A stretch of DNA of 63,848 nt, filler included, from an uncultured bacterium (lineage in GTDB: Bacteria; Auribacterota; CAZIXI01), in the NCBI GenBank assembly GCA_964543115.1. It is 5 parts of 5 records of this genome, joined end to end, with 100 filler letters (N's around TTAATTAATTAA, not from the genome) between each part and the next. Parts side by side here need not be neighbours in the genome. Positions count along the whole stretch, not along the records: positions 1 to 12,961 come from CAZIXI010000073.1; 4 more parts are not named here. The stretch is one strand, 5' to 3'. Of the stretch, positions 1 through 10,689 are shown piece after piece; position 1 is the first letter of the stretch; the number at the start of each line of letters is the position of its first letter. The notes beneath the pieces were generated by a model. It was not told the DNA's origin. It saw only the letters and a program-made list of their open reading frames with translations, and did no database searches. Made by a program: the position numbers and the translations under genes.

Positions 1-649
1 CCGACGCGGAAACGCCGGTGCCGCAGGCCAGGGTCTCCTGTTCCACTCCGCGTTCATAGGTGCGCACCGCTATCCGGTTTTTACCCAGCACCTGAACGAA
101 ATTGGCGTTTGTTCCCTGTGGCCTAAACCGGCTGTGCCGGCGAATGGCGCGGCCGAGCGCGAATACCCGGGCCGTGCCGATGTCTGGGACAAATAGTATA
201 GCATGCGGTACGCCGGTATTAATAGAGTGAATTTTGGCTTTTTTATTGTTTAGGACCAAGGTTTTATTTAAATTCAAGTTTTTAGGGTTACTGAGGGTGA
301 TTGTTACTTTTCCCGGCGGAATTATCCGGGCGCCGATGGTTCCGGCAATTGTTTCAAAAGCAAAAGTTTTCTTGATGATTTTATGGGTCCAGGCATAGAG
401 ACTGATACAGCGGGCGCCGTTGCCGCACATTTCCGGTTCAGAACCGTCAGGATTGAAGATCCGCATCTTGAAATCAGCCCGCTGGGATTTTTCCAGCAGG
501 AGCAGGCCATCGGCGCCGATCCCGGTATGCCAGGCGCAGAGTTTACGTACCAGACCGGCTTTTTGTCTGGGCAGTGTCTGCCGGCGGTTATCGATAACAA
601 TAAAATCATTACCACTGGCCACTATTTTAGTGAAATTGATTTTTTTCAT
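1..649 (-). CDS. dapF: Diaminopimelate epimerase, 3' end runs off the window (missing from the ORF track)
   Basis: Manual translation from ATG at 649: MKKINFTKIVASGNDFIVID...GADG...EMCGNGARC...NTGVPH...GTNANF...RTYERGVEQETLACGTGVSAS. Both catalytic Cys motifs are present. ATGA overlap with the lysA stop. Confidence 0.93.
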   Translation of the reverse strand, partial: MKKINFTKIVASGNDFIVIDNRRQTLPRQKAGLVRKLCAWHTGIGADGLLLLEKSQRADFKMRIFNPDGSEPEMCGNGARCISLYAWTHKIIKKTFAFETIAGTIGARIIPPGKVTITLSNPKNLNLNKTLVLNNKKAKIHSINTGVPHAILFVPDIGTARVFALGRAIRRHSRFRPQGTNANFVQVLGKNRIAVRTYERGVEQETLACGTGVSAS

Positions 650-1902
650 TTTCGCCAAGAGGGAATATGTTCACCCCTGATCAGGTCCTTATAGGTTTCC
701 CGGTTCCTGATTATATAATATACGTTATTATCAACCATCACCTCTGCCGCCCGGGGGCGGGAATTATAATTACTGCTCATACTGAAACCATAGGCCCCGG
801 CACTCATAATAGCCAGCAGCTGGCCGGCCCTGGGCTTGACCAGTTTGCGGTTTTTAGCGAAAAAGTCTCCGCTCTCACAGATCGGACCGACCACATCAGT
901 AGAGATGCTTTTACCTTTGTGTTTGATTACCGGTACAATCTGGTGGTAGGCGTGATAGAGAGAGGGCCGGATAAGATCGTTCATGGCCGCGTTAACAATA
1001 ACAAAATTTTTCGGCGGAGTTTCTTTTACATAGGTTACCTTGGTAACCAGAATGCCGGCATTACCGGCAATGAATCTGCCTGGTTCAATCACCAGATGGA
1101 GGTGGAGTTTTTTTACCAGCGGGATAATTGCCTTGGCGAAATCCTGCGCGCTTGTCGCCTTTTCTTTGTTGTAAATAATGCCGAATCCCCCGCCGATATC
1201 CAGATATTTCATGGTGGGGTGGGACCGTTTAAGCTCTTTTACCAGGGGTATTATTTTTTTCAATGCTTTTATGTATGGTTTGGTTTCGGTGATTTGGGAG
1301 CCGATATGGATTTGAATCCCTACGGGTTTTACAAAAGGGTATTTTTTAATGTTACGGTAGATTTTCCGGCAGGTAGCGAGATCCATACCGAATTTAGTCC
1401 CTTTTTTTCCGGTAGTGATGTATTTATGGGTTTTTGATTTCACGTCCGGATTAACGCGTAGGGCGATCGGCGCCTTCTTTTTCAGGCGTTTAGCGATATT
1501 ATTGATTTCTTCCAGTTCAGGAAGGGATTCCACGGTAAAGAACATGATTCCTTTTCTAATCGCCTGGCGAATTTCCGCGGCTGTTTTACCCACACCGGCG
1601 TAAACAATCTTTTTTGGTTTCGCGCCGCTTTTCAGGGCGCGGAAAAATTCCCCGCCGGAAACGATATCCAGGCCGGCGCCGGCCTGGATCAGGGCGTGGC
1701 AAATGGCAATATTGGAGTTGGATTTTACCGAATAACAGATAGTATGGGGAACACTGCTAAATGCCCTATGTAATTTGTTATAATGATCGAGAATGGTTTT
1801 TCGACTGTAGACAAACAGGGGTGAACCGACCGCGGAGGCGATTTTTTGAACGGGGATCTTTTCGCAGTATAGTTGATTTTCAATGTACTTAAAATCGTGC
1901 AT
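646..1902 (-). CDS. lysA: Diaminopimelate decarboxylase
   Basis: YSVKSN PLP-lysine motif, HIGSQI, DIGGGFG, EPGR, CESGD, GAYG. Confidence 0.97.
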   Translation of the reverse strand: MHDFKYIENQLYCEKIPVQKIASAVGSPLFVYSRKTILDHYNKLHRAFSSVPHTICYSVKSNSNIAICHALIQAGAGLDIVSGGEFFRALKSGAKPKKIVYAGVGKTAAEIRQAIRKGIMFFTVESLPELEEINNIAKRLKKKAPIALRVNPDVKSKTHKYITTGKKGTKFGMDLATCRKIYRNIKKYPFVKPVGIQIHIGSQITETKPYIKALKKIIPLVKELKRSHPTMKYLDIGGGFGIIYNKEKATSAQDFAKAIIPLVKKLHLHLVIEPGRFIAGNAGILVTKVTYVKETPPKNFVIVNAAMNDLIRPSLYHAYHQIVPVIKHKGKSISTDVVGPICESGDFFAKNRKLVKPRAGQLLAIMSAGAYGFSMSSNYNSRPRAAEVMVDNNVYYIIRNRETYKDLIRGEHIPSWRK

Positions 1903-1913
1903 ATATTCTCCTG

Positions 1914-3290
1914 TTATTTAAGTTTCTTTTTCCAGCTGCTGATTTCTCCGGCCACCATTCCCGGATTAGTACTGCCGGCGGTTTTCTTGGCCGTAACGGA
2001 ACTGTGGGCGCTTAGTTTACGCAGAATGTCCGAACCGAAACTCTTATTGATCTTTTTAAATTCTGTCAGGGTAAGTTCGCGGAATGATTTCTTTTTCTGG
2101 ATGCAATAGCGCACCAGCCGGCCTACGTCTTCATGGGCCTGGCGGAAAGGCACCCGTTTTCTGACCAGATATTCAGTCAGGTCAGTGGCCAGGAAATAAT
2201 CGTTCCCGCCCAAGATATCCGTCAGCCATTTTTTGTTGATATTGATGTTTCGCATGAGTAAGGCCGCTATTTCAGCGGCGCAGATAATGGTTTCTATTGA
2301 ATCAAAAACCGGAGGTTTGTCTTCCTGCAAGTCACGGTTATAAGCCAGCGGCAGGCCTTTAAGAATGGTCAGCAGTGAAATCAGGTTGCCGTTAAGCCGG
2401 CCGGTTTTTGCCCGGAGCAGTTCCGCCACGTCCGGGTTTTTCTTCTGCGGCATCAGGCTGGAACCGGTACAGAAGGCCTGATCGATATCGATAAAGTTAA
2501 ATTCCGAGGAATTCCAGAGAATAAGATCATCTGCCAGCCGGGAAATATGGGTGCCGGTTATGGCCAGAGCGGCCAGTAGTTCCACCAGATAATCCCGGTC
2601 ACTGACGCTGTCGATACTGTTCTTACTGACCCGGGAAAAGCCGAGTAGTTTAGCGACGTAATTCCGGTCCAGGGGCAGGGAACTGCCGGCCAGGGCGCCG
2701 CTGCCCAGGGGCATAATGTCTATTCTTTTTTGTAGATCCACCAGCCGTTCCTTGTCTCGTTGAAGCATATTAATATAGGCCAGCAGATGATGGGCCAGTA
2801 ATATGGGTTGGGCCTGCTGGAGGTGGGTATAACCGGGGATGATTACATCCTTATTCTTTTCGGCAAGAAAGAGAATGGCTTTTTGCAGAGCCGCTAACTG
2901 ATTATAAATTTCAATTATTGACTGCAAAGTATAGAGACGGGTGTCCAGCTGTACCTGGTCGTTGCGGCTGCGGCCGGTATGTAGATGGTGGGCGGTCGGG
3001 CCGATCAGTTTTTGTAGAGCCACTTCGATATTCATGTGAATATCTTCGTTGGCAACGGTTAGTTTAAGTTTGTTTTGTTCCAGCATCGTTTTGATCTTTT
3101 TCAGGCCGCTAATTATTTTTTTTGCCGTTACCGCGGAGATGATTTTTGCCCGGGCCAGCATTTTGGCGTGGGCGATACTGCCGGCGATATCGCAGTAGGC
3201 AAGGCGGTAATCAAAAGAGACGGATTCTGTAAATAATTCTACCAGGGGGTTGGTTTTTTTATCAAATCTTCCTGCCCAAAGTTTTTTCAT
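1914..3290 (-). CDS. argH: Argininosuccinate lyase
   Basis: KLWAGRF start, [23 protein letters not shown] signature, YNRDLQEDK. Confidence 0.97.
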   Translation of the reverse strand: MKKLWAGRFDKKTNPLVELFTESVSFDYRLAYCDIAGSIAHAKMLARAKIISAVTAKKIISGLKKIKTMLEQNKLKLTVANEDIHMNIEVALQKLIGPTAHHLHTGRSRNDQVQLDTRLYTLQSIIEIYNQLAALQKAILFLAEKNKDVIIPGYTHLQQAQPILLAHHLLAYINMLQRDKERLVDLQKRIDIMPLGSGALAGSSLPLDRNYVAKLLGFSRVSKNSIDSVSDRDYLVELLAALAITGTHISRLADDLILWNSSEFNFIDIDQAFCTGSSLMPQKKNPDVAELLRAKTGRLNGNLISLLTILKGLPLAYNRDLQEDKPPVFDSIETIICAAEIAALLMRNININKKWLTDILGGNDYFLATDLTEYLVRKRVPFRQAHEDVGRLVRYCIQKKKSFRELTLTEFKKINKSFGSDILRKLSAHSSVTAKKTAGSTNPGMVAGEISSWKKKLK

Positions 3291-4471
3291 AATTTCCCCT
3301 TTGCCAGTTTGAGCCGCAGGGCGTTAAGCTTAATAAAGCCTTCGGCGTCTTTTTGGTTATAGACCGTATCTTCTTCAAAAGTGGCATGTTCCTCGCTGTA
3401 GAGGGATACCGGTGATTTCCGGCCCACCACCAGGCAGCTGCCTTTATAGAGCTTTAGCCGGGCCGTGCCGCATACGTTTTTCTGGGTTTCCTTAATGACG
3501 GCGCGCAGTGTTTTCATCTCCGGTGAGAACCAGAAACCGTTATATACCAGTTGGGCGAATTTTGGCACAAGTGAATCGCGCAGCCGCATTACCTCTCTAT
3601 CCATGGTGATTGATTCCACCGCCTGGTGAGCGGCGCGCAGTACGGTTCCGCCGGGAGTTTCGTAAACCCCGCGTGATTTCATGCCCACAAACCTGTTTTC
3701 CACAATATCGATGCGGCCGATACCATGACGGCCGGCAATTTTATTTAGTGAGTCCAAGAGTTTCACCGGCTTTAACCGGCGGCCGTTAACCTTAACCGGT
3801 ATTCCTCGCAGGAATTCTATTTCCAGGTATTGCGGCCGGTTAGGCGCTTTTTCCGGAGAGGTGGTCAGTTGAAAAATGTCTTCCGGTGCCGCCTTCCAGG
3901 GATCTTCCAGGATTCCGCCTTCATAACTGATATGGAAAAGATTGGCATCAGAGGAATAAGGCTTTTCCGCGGTTACCGGGATGGGGATTTTATGTTGTTT
4001 AGCGTAATTAATCAGATCTGTCCGGGAGCGAAATTCCCATTCCCGCCAGGGGGCAATAATCTTTAAATGCGGGGCCAGGGCGTAAAAGGTGAGTTCAAAG
4101 CGCACCTGGTCATTGCCTTTTCCGGTTGCTCCATGGGAAACATAGGCAGCCCTTTCTTTGCGGGCAATTTCAATCTGACGCTTAGCGATCAGCGGGCGGG
4201 CAAGAGAGGTGCCCATCAGGTATCCGCTTTCATAAACGGCATTGGCCTGCAGGGCGGGGTAAATATAATCGGTAACAAATTCCTCCCTCAGGTCTTCCAG
4301 ATAAACCTTTTTTACACCAAGTTTATGGGCCTTTCGTTTAATAGCCTGCAGGTCTTCTCCCTGGCCCAGATCAGCAATATAAGCAACTATTTCCAGATCA
4401 TGTTCTACCTGCAGCCATTTAAGGATAATTGATGTATCCAGTCCACCGGAATAAGCCAAGATTACTTTCAT
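3287..4471 (-). CDS. argG: Argininosuccinate synthase
   Basis: [49 protein letters not shown] upstream. Confidence 0.97.
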   Translation of the reverse strand: MKVILAYSGGLDTSIILKWLQVEHDLEIVAYIADLGQGEDLQAIKRKAHKLGVKKVYLEDLREEFVTDYIYPALQANAVYESGYLMGTSLARPLIAKRQIEIARKERAAYVSHGATGKGNDQVRFELTFYALAPHLKIIAPWREWEFRSRTDLINYAKQHKIPIPVTAEKPYSSDANLFHISYEGGILEDPWKAAPEDIFQLTTSPEKAPNRPQYLEIEFLRGIPVKVNGRRLKPVKLLDSLNKIAGRHGIGRIDIVENRFVGMKSRGVYETPGGTVLRAAHQAVESITMDREVMRLRDSLVPKFAQLVYNGFWFSPEMKTLRAVIKETQKNVCGTARLKLYKGSCLVVGRKSPVSLYSEEHATFEEDTVYNQKDAEGFIKLNALRLKLAKGKL

Positions 4472-4557
4472 ATTTTTCTCCTAACAATAAAAATGATTAT
4501 TAATATATTACAATGGTTGATATAATATCATGAGTAGTTAATTATTAAAAGGCAAAA

Positions 4558-5880
4558 ATGGAGAGAATTCATTTAACCGGTATTGGCGGAACCGGGATGA
4601 GTGCCCTGGCCCAATTATTGGTGCAAGAGGGCTTTGCGGTGAGTGGTTCCGATCGCAGTCAGCAGACGGATATTCTTATTCAATTAAGTAATCTGGGTGT
4701 AAAACTCTTTCTCCAGGATGGCAGCGGTATTGATGCCGGCACCGGAAGGGTGGTTATTTCCCGGGCGATTGAAGATGATAATCCGGAATTGCTGAAGGCC
4801 AGAGGGCAGGGAATACCGGTTGCTTACCGCCAGAGTGTCTTGAAAGAGATAGTGGGCAGCCGCGCTAATATTGCCGTTGCCGGAACCAGTGGCAAGACAA
4901 CGGTTGTGGGGATGATTGGAGCGACATTCGGGGATATTACCTTAATTAACGGCGGGGTAATGAACAATTATTCTTCCGCTGTGCATTTTGGCAAAGAACC
5001 GCTGATTTGTGTGGAGACAGATGAAAGTGAAGGGGATATTAAGGGATATCATCCGTTGATTGGAATAATAACAAATATCGGCAGTGATCATTTACCGCTG
5101 GAAGAATTAACTAGGGTTTGCCAGGAGTTTGCCGCAGAGGTAAAGAAAACGTTGATTATAAACAGCGATAGTAAATGCGAACTGAAGCACAGTAACAAAT
5201 TTAGTTTCGGGATTCACAACGCGGCTGATTTCCAGGCAGAAAATATTAAACTTTTTCCTGACTGTTCTCAGTTTACACTCCAGGGCAAGCTGGTTAAAGT
5301 GCCTGTTCCTGGCAGGTATAATGTGTATAATGCCCTGGCTGCTTTAAGTGCAGCACGTGTTTACGGTATTCCGTTGGCAGATGCTATTGCTGGTCTGGAA
5401 AAATTCCAAGGAATCCGTCAGCGGTTTCAATTAGTTGGGCAAGCGAAAGGAATTAAGGTTGTTTGTGATTATGCGCATAATCCAGATAAGATAAAGGCAG
5501 CGTTGCAAACAGCAAAATTAAATGGCGGCCGGATAATCGCGGTTTATCAACCGCATGGTTTCCGCCCGACAAAAATGTTTCTGCGGGAATTTGCCGCTGT
5601 TTTTGCCGTTAATTTGATGGGGAGTGATAAGCTTTTCTTGCCTGATATTTATTATGCCGGGGGAACGGTTAGCAGGGATGTTTCCGCGGCTGATCTAGCT
5701 GGAGAGATTAAAAAGATAAATCCGGAAATGCAAGTAGAATACCTGCCTGATAGAAAGGATATTACTAAAAAAATCGTATCTTTGGCCGCGAAAGATGACC
5801 TGATTTTAGTAATGGGGGCCAGGGACAATACATTGCTTGCCTGGGCCGTAGATATTGCTAAGAAAATAAAAAATATATAG
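4558..5880 (+). CDS. murC: UDP-N-acetylmuramate--L-alanine ligase (MurC/Mpl family)
   Basis: HLTGIGGTGMSALAQLL, AVAGTSGKTT, ETDES, DYAHNP, YQPH. Extended -10 (TGA-TATAAT, 4518-4526) upstream. Confidence 0.8.
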   Translation: MERIHLTGIGGTGMSALAQLLVQEGFAVSGSDRSQQTDILIQLSNLGVKLFLQDGSGIDAGTGRVVISRAIEDDNPELLKARGQGIPVAYRQSVLKEIVGSRANIAVAGTSGKTTVVGMIGATFGDITLINGGVMNNYSSAVHFGKEPLICVETDESEGDIKGYHPLIGIITNIGSDHLPLEELTRVCQEFAAEVKKTLIINSDSKCELKHSNKFSFGIHNAADFQAENIKLFPDCSQFTLQGKLVKVPVPGRYNVYNALAALSAARVYGIPLADAIAGLEKFQGIRQRFQLVGQAKGIKVVCDYAHNPDKIKAALQTAKLNGGRIIAVYQPHGFRPTKMFLREFAAVFAVNLMGSDKLFLPDIYYAGGTVSRDVSAADLAGEIKKINPEMQVEYLPDRKDITKKIVSLAAKDDLILVMGARDNTLLAWAVDIAKKIKNI

Positions 5881-5953
5881 TTATCCCTTTCCTTTGATCT
5901 ATCATATTGCCACAGAAGATGATATCTGCTAAGGTTTTTTTTCTTCCCCTTCC

Positions 5954-5982
5954 TTGACAAATCCTTACCTTTAATGCATATT
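5954..5982 (+). promoter_or_regulatory. Sigma70-type promoter TTGACA-N17-CATATT, 7 nt before the ATG (leaderless candidate)
   Basis: TTGACA 5954-5959, CATATT 5977-5982, ATG 5990, no Shine-Dalgarno. Same architecture recurs at 27895 and 43299. Confidence 0.65.
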
Positions 5983-5989
5983 ATAGTAG

Positions 5990-8900
5990 ATGAATAAATC
6001 AATAAAAATCTTATCTATTATTTTGACTATTTCACTTGTAGTGACTACCACCCCCTGGGTGTATCCCCAGGCTGAGATGCTGGCGCCGGAATCTCCTTTT
6101 GCCGCGGGAGATACAGTGGAGGCATTTTTAACTGCGTTAGGGCAAGGAGTGCAGATGGAGCAGAACGCGGTTGCCAGGCAATATGAAAATTACCGGCAGG
6201 CGGAACAGGCGCTGCGCCGGGCAAAGAAACAAACAAAGAATTTCTGGTGGAACAAAAAGGTTGTGTTTTGGGCGCTCTTGTCCCTGGCAATTTTTACCGT
6301 GCCCTGGGTAGTGGGTTATTATTTGCCTGCTGGTGGTGTTCAGAATCCGCTGGTGTTTGCTTTCTTTGTTTTGTTTCTCTTAACGGAAATGGTTAGTTTT
6401 GTGAGTTTCTGGGAAGCGCTTAAGGAATCAAACGATGGGCGAGAAAGACATCTTTATGAATATTACGAAGATATTAAGTACCGTTTCCGTTGGTTGACGG
6501 ATCATGCCTGGCGGCAGGTGCGGGAGTTTTATGACGGGGAGGAAAAAGATCTGGCGCTTTATCAACAGGATCTAATAGAAACGATCACGCAGGCAATGCC
6601 GGCTAATGAGTATACTGTTAGCTGTCTTTATTATCTGGCGGCCAGTGTTGAGGGCAGGGGTAATAATACCGTTGTCCTTACGGAGGCGGCTGAAAGTTAT
6701 GCCGGTTTTTTGCGGTTGGCCGCAAGAGAATTAGCCGGCAGTATTCTGCCGGATTTTGATCCGGAAGTATTAAGCACTTTTTTTAAAAAGATGATTAAAG
6801 AAAAGCAATTTCCGCTTGATTCCCGCCTGAAGATGATGATGGATGAATTGAATGCCAAGGATCGTGCCGGTTTATCCGGTGTGCAACAGGAATTCGGCCT
6901 TTTTATGTTGGCCCGTTTAGTGGAGTTGGTGGAAGCTGGGCAAAAAGGAGATCTAGAGTTGGCGGTTTTGTTAGATCGTTTAGAAAAATTCAATGATGAC
7001 GATCAACAGAGGATTATTAATGACATTACTCCGGCCATGATGGGGCCGGAAACTGATTTTCGGGGCCTGCGTTTTTTATTGCGGATTTTAGCAGAAGGGG
7101 ATTGGTCTTGGCAAAGATTGGTTTTGGCCAGGCTGGAAGGAGAGGCGAATGTTTATGGCGCTAATAAAATATTAGACAGCCTGATCACTGGTTTGCCGAA
7201 GCTTTGGTGGGGATTGAAAATCCTGTTTCAATGTATGGTGGTCGGAGGAACAGCGGTCTTTTTATACTTAAAATGGCCGGTTATTGGCGGGTATAGTCTT
7301 ATTTTTGTGTTTCTTGCCGCGGTTGGTTACTATGTTGTCAGGCGCCTTTTGCTTGGGTGGCTGGAACGTATTATGGCGTATTTAAGCAGCAACTTCACTC
7401 CTGGAGGGGGGACGTATACGCGCAAGGCAAGAAAAAGGCTGCGGGACCTGGGTATAAATGACAGCTGGGATGAGGCGGGATTATTAATGGATTTTGAAGA
7501 GTATTCCGCTGCCGGCGCGGGAGTGATAGTTTCTTATCATGAGATCATGGATCATTGCGGTGATCAACTGTCCGGAATAGCGCTGGCCCATATTGAATGT
7601 CTTTCCCTGATGCAGGTAGTTATTTCTGCTGGAGATGAGCATCATACGTATATGGTTGTTCTGGCGGCCTGTGTTGATGAGGGGGGCAGACCGATACTAT
7701 TATTGGATGAGATCCTTGGTGAACAACCAACAGAAAGTGAAATGATCTTTATTCAGGAGCTGGTTGCCCAGTATGGCTGGTACTGTGATTTTGCCGGTGT
7801 GCTCTACGCGGATATGGCCTATAGAGGTGGGGAGAAGTTATTTTCTAATTATACCCAGACAGAGCTGGCCCTGGCCGATACCTCGCGCTGGGTGATTTTG
7901 AAGTCATTCAAGCCTTTTGCCGGAACTCCCTTCTGCCGGCCGCGGGGAAAGGTAAAAGGTGATTTGGTCATATTTTCAGAGGAGGAACAGTTTGAGCATA
8001 TGTTACAGTTAAAGGAGGGTGCTGTTAGTCTGTATGATTTAAATATCTGGCGGCCGGAAGAATTGACGGAAGAGGATCTGCTCTATGACTGGCGGCGGCT
8101 GCGGGGGGAACTGCCGGAAGGTGATTGCGGACAGAGCAGGGGAGCAGTTTTCTGCAGTGAATTTACTTATGAAGATGGCAACATTGATTTCGATAATGAC
8201 TTATGGAATATGGTGCATATGCTGGTAATAGATGTTCTTAAAAATGAAAGATATTTAGAGTTAAGTGAGCCGGAGGTTGACGAGGTGATGAATATTATTG
8301 AGTTTGTATTCTATCAACGGTTGATTTGGCTGACAGAAGAAGAGAAACAGTTTTTAGAGGAGAAAATGAAATTTAAGGCTCTTTTTGTCAGTTATTCGCA
8401 GGCCGTGGCCGGAGACTGCCGGGGAGACAATCGGTTGGCTTATGTAAATTTACAGGCGGTGTTAAAAATTTTGCTGGATACTGTTCATGGTGTGGAATTG
8501 GGGAGAGGGTATTATCGAAGAGAATTACTGGTTAAGTTGCTTGGCGCCCAGCTGGGGATTTATTTATCTCATGAGATTTTGGGGCATGAGGCGGGGATAG
8601 CTGATCATGGGCGCTTGAGTGTGCAGGATGTGCAGTTGCTGACCCAGGTCATGGGTGACATTCTTGATAAACAGGATATTTATGGTGATCTGCTGGATAA
8701 GTTGATTACGGCTTATGAGGAGATTTGTGAATTAGGAGATCCATTTTTACAGACCTTACGGGCCGAACAGGCGAGCCGGGCCGTTGACGAAGAAACAAGG
8801 GAAAGGGCGGCGCGCCAACTTACCAGTCAAGGCCCTCTCTGGACAGTACCACTGCGGTTAAGATCAGGGTTGTTGGATATTGAGGGGTCGGTCTGGCAAA

Positions 8901-10519
8901 AGGAGCCCTGGACGGTAGCTGATCTGAATCAGGAATTACGGCGGTTCCGGGGAGGAGAACGGTGTGCCCCCCTGGGGGCGATCGGAGTTGAAATGATGCA
9001 GTATGATGAGTATAAAGGTAATCTTCATGTTTCCGGGATTGACAGGCATATGGGATTAACTATGAGTGCTGGAGATAGAAAAGAAATTCGTCATTTGATT
9101 AGTCGGGTGGCGCGCCGGCGCTATGATAAATATCTGGATGCGGATCAGCAGGCAATAACAGAGGAAAAGGCAATTGATTTAGTTTTTGTGCATGAATCGC
9201 AGGTGATTGCCGGCGGTTGTTGGGAAAAGGAGCTGGCCTTTATTAATCTGCGGGCCCTGCGGAAAATAGCTCGTGATGCCGTTGGGCGGTTTGAGGGTTC
9301 ACAGGTGGAAAAGAGATCCTTCCGCAAATGTGTTTATGGAGTATTGCTGGGTGTGTTTCTTTCCCACATTATGCTTGGCCGGGGAGTGGGGATCAATGAT
9401 GAAAGAGTTCTTTTGGAACAAGATGCGCAGTTACTAGCGGAGATGCTCTCAGCTGAACTTATTAAGCAAACAGGGGCCCTGGGTTATCAGCTAAAGCTGC
9501 AGGCAGTGAGAGAGGCCCTGATTAAAAGTCTGGAACCGGAAAGTATGTTCCGCTGGGGGTTGAATCACGAACTAGTTGCCAACAGTAGAGGGTTTGTCAG
9601 GAAAACGGAAGAAAAATTTGCGCGCGTAAAGATTGAGCAGGTAGTGAGTTACCGGAGGCTGCTGAAAGTACTGGTGGCCGCGGAACGTTATCGCGGTAAG
9701 CAACGGCAGTTTTTCATTCCTCCCGAAGCAAACAGCGAAAATAGCAGAGCTGATATTGTTGACGCGGCGCTGGATTTTTTCTGCAAGCTGCTGGGCCTGA
9801 AAAAACGGGATGGTGAAGACGCGGAAGCGTTGCAGAGCAGGATAACCAATGCTCTGGAGGAAATCGACCTTCTTGTTGATGAGGAAACTGAGATTGGTAC
9901 TGTTGCCGGCAGTGTCTTAGCTGTGTTGCGGCCGGTATTGGCCAGTGTAGGAATGCTGATTGTTTATCAAGAAATGGGGGTTTCGCGACTGTTTGATTCA
10001 AGCTGGGGGAAATTTAATAAGGCTGTAGTTGGAGAAAAGCGCGGGAATTTTAATGACATCTTCCGCAAGTTGTTAGCGGTGTTTAATTGTTCGGGAAGCA
10101 TTGTTGGGAAGTTGAGGGATGATGTAAAAGTGGAAAAAGGGGCAGGTGATTTTGTGGATGATATTGGTGTGATGTCAGGTGTTTCTCCGGGATTAAAAAA
10201 ACAAATAGAAGAATTATTGAGAAGTTTTTATCGGGAGAAAGGCCGGTTATTTCATGAGTATAATCATCCGCAAGAAGTGCTGCGGCGCGCGCTGGCCTAT
10301 CTGGATCATGATCCGGAGATGAAGAAGCTTTATGATTGTGTGGATGGTTTCTTGACGGGATCCCTGAAGGGGGCACTCTTCCCGCTGATAGAAAAGAAAC
10401 TAGCCTTAGCGCTGGCCATTACCTTCCTTATTGATGATTATCAGCAGGGACGTGATCGAAGCAAATGTGAAGTTTCTCCCTGGGAGGCTCATCTCTTTGA
10501 ACTGCTCGACTCTGTCTAA
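5990..10519 (+). CDS. Giant 1509-aa exported/membrane protein with a duplicated zincin-like domain (giant protein A)
   Basis: Signal-peptide-like N-terminus followed by LAPES, two pairs of hydrophobic helices, HEILGHE at aa 861 with degenerate copy HIMLGR at aa 1126, C-terminus ...LLDSV. Confidence 0.8.
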   Translation: MNKSIKILSIILTISLVVTTTPWVYPQAEMLAPESPFAAGDTVEAFLTALGQGVQMEQNAVARQYENYRQAEQALRRAKKQTKNFWWNKKVVFWALLSLAIFTVPWVVGYYLPAGGVQNPLVFAFFVLFLLTEMVSFVSFWEALKESNDGRERHLYEYYEDIKYRFRWLTDHAWRQVREFYDGEEKDLALYQQDLIETITQAMPANEYTVSCLYYLAASVEGRGNNTVVLTEAAESYAGFLRLAARELAGSILPDFDPEVLSTFFKKMIKEKQFPLDSRLKMMMDELNAKDRAGLSGVQQEFGLFMLARLVELVEAGQKGDLELAVLLDRLEKFNDDDQQRIINDITPAMMGPETDFRGLRFLLRILAEGDWSWQRLVLARLEGEANVYGANKILDSLITGLPKLWWGLKILFQCMVVGGTAVFLYLKWPVIGGYSLIFVFLAAVGYYVVRRLLLGWLERIMAYLSSNFTPGGGTYTRKARKRLRDLGINDSWDEAGLLMDFEEYSAAGAGVIVSYHEIMDHCGDQLSGIALAHIECLSLMQVVISAGDEHHTYMVVLAACVDEGGRPILLLDEILGEQPTESEMIFIQELVAQYGWYCDFAGVLYADMAYRGGEKLFSNYTQTELALADTSRWVILKSFKPFAGTPFCRPRGKVKGDLVIFSEEEQFEHMLQLKEGAVSLYDLNIWRPEELTEEDLLYDWRRLRGELPEGDCGQSRGAVFCSEFTYEDGNIDFDNDLWNMVHMLVIDVLKNERYLELSEPEVDEVMNIIEFVFYQRLIWLTEEEKQFLEEKMKFKALFVSYSQAVAGDCRGDNRLAYVNLQAVLKILLDTVHGVELGRGYYRRELLVKLLGAQLGIYLSHEILGHEAGIADHGRLSVQDVQLLTQVMGDILDKQDIYGDLLDKLITAYEEICELGDPFLQTLRAEQASRAVDEETRERAARQLTSQGPLWTVPLRLRSGLLDIEGSVWQKEPWTVADLNQELRRFRGGERCAPLGAIGVEMMQYDEYKGNLHVSGIDRHMGLTMSAGDRKEIRHLISRVARRRYDKYLDADQQAITEEKAIDLVFVHESQVIAGGCWEKELAFINLRALRKIARDAVGRFEGSQVEKRSFRKCVYGVLLGVFLSHIMLGRGVGINDERVLLEQDAQLLAEMLSAELIKQTGALGYQLKLQAVREALIKSLEPESMFRWGLNHELVANSRGFVRKTEEKFARVKIEQVVSYRRLLKVLVAAERYRGKQRQFFIPPEANSENSRADIVDAALDFFCKLLGLKKRDGEDAEALQSRITNALEEIDLLVDEETEIGTVAGSVLAVLRPVLASVGMLIVYQEMGVSRLFDSSWGKFNKAVVGEKRGNFNDIFRKLLAVFNCSGSIVGKLRDDVKVEKGAGDFVDDIGVMSGVSPGLKKQIEELLRSFYREKGRLFHEYNHPQEVLRRALAYLDHDPEMKKLYDCVDGFLTGSLKGALFPLIEKKLALALAITFLIDDYQQGRDRSKCEVSPWEAHLFELLDSV

Positions 10520-10528
10520 TAAATCTGC

Positions 10529-10623
10529 CCCAAGCTCCGCTTGGGACTGCCCCCGACGCGTCGGGGGCTGCTATTATTGGAATGGGTATAGACTGCCATT
10601 AAAGGAATGGGTATAGACTGCCA
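10529..10623. repeat. REP-like palindromic element cluster: hairpin, 18-bp palindrome and 2x20-bp direct repeat
   Basis: CCCAAGC-TCC-GCTTGGG (10529-10545), CCCCCGACGCGTCGGGGG (10550-10567), GGAATGGGTATAGACTGCCA at 10579-10598 and 10604-10623. Homologous copy at 21423-21481 on the minus strand. Confidence 0.75.
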
Positions 10624-10639
10624 AAGAATTATTATTAGC

Positions 10640-10680
10640 CAATAATAATTATTGACAGTGATGTCTCCTTCCTATATAAT
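10640..10680 (+). promoter_or_regulatory. Consensus sigma70 promoter overlapped by a PerR/Fur-type 7-1-7 box
   Basis: CAATAAT-A-ATTATTG perfect 7-1-7 inverted repeat (10640-10654) overlaps TTGACA (10652-10657), then 17 nt, then TATAAT (10675-10680). Confidence 0.75.
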
Positions 10681-10689
10681 AGCGCCATT

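Noticed and set aside
322..615. 97-aa minus-strand ORF and the + strand ORFs at 383-694 and 420-680
   Set aside because: Alternative-frame shadows of dapF, which occupies 1-649 in another minus frame.
667..1437. 256-aa + strand ORF, and similar long antisense ORFs (42294-42929, 37098-37634, 26447-26989)
   Set aside because: Antisense shadows of well-supported genes, with no recognisable motifs.
10579..10623. 20-bp direct repeat pair as a CRISPR array
   Set aside because: Only two units, a 5-nt spacer and no cas genes. Better explained as part of the REP-like element.
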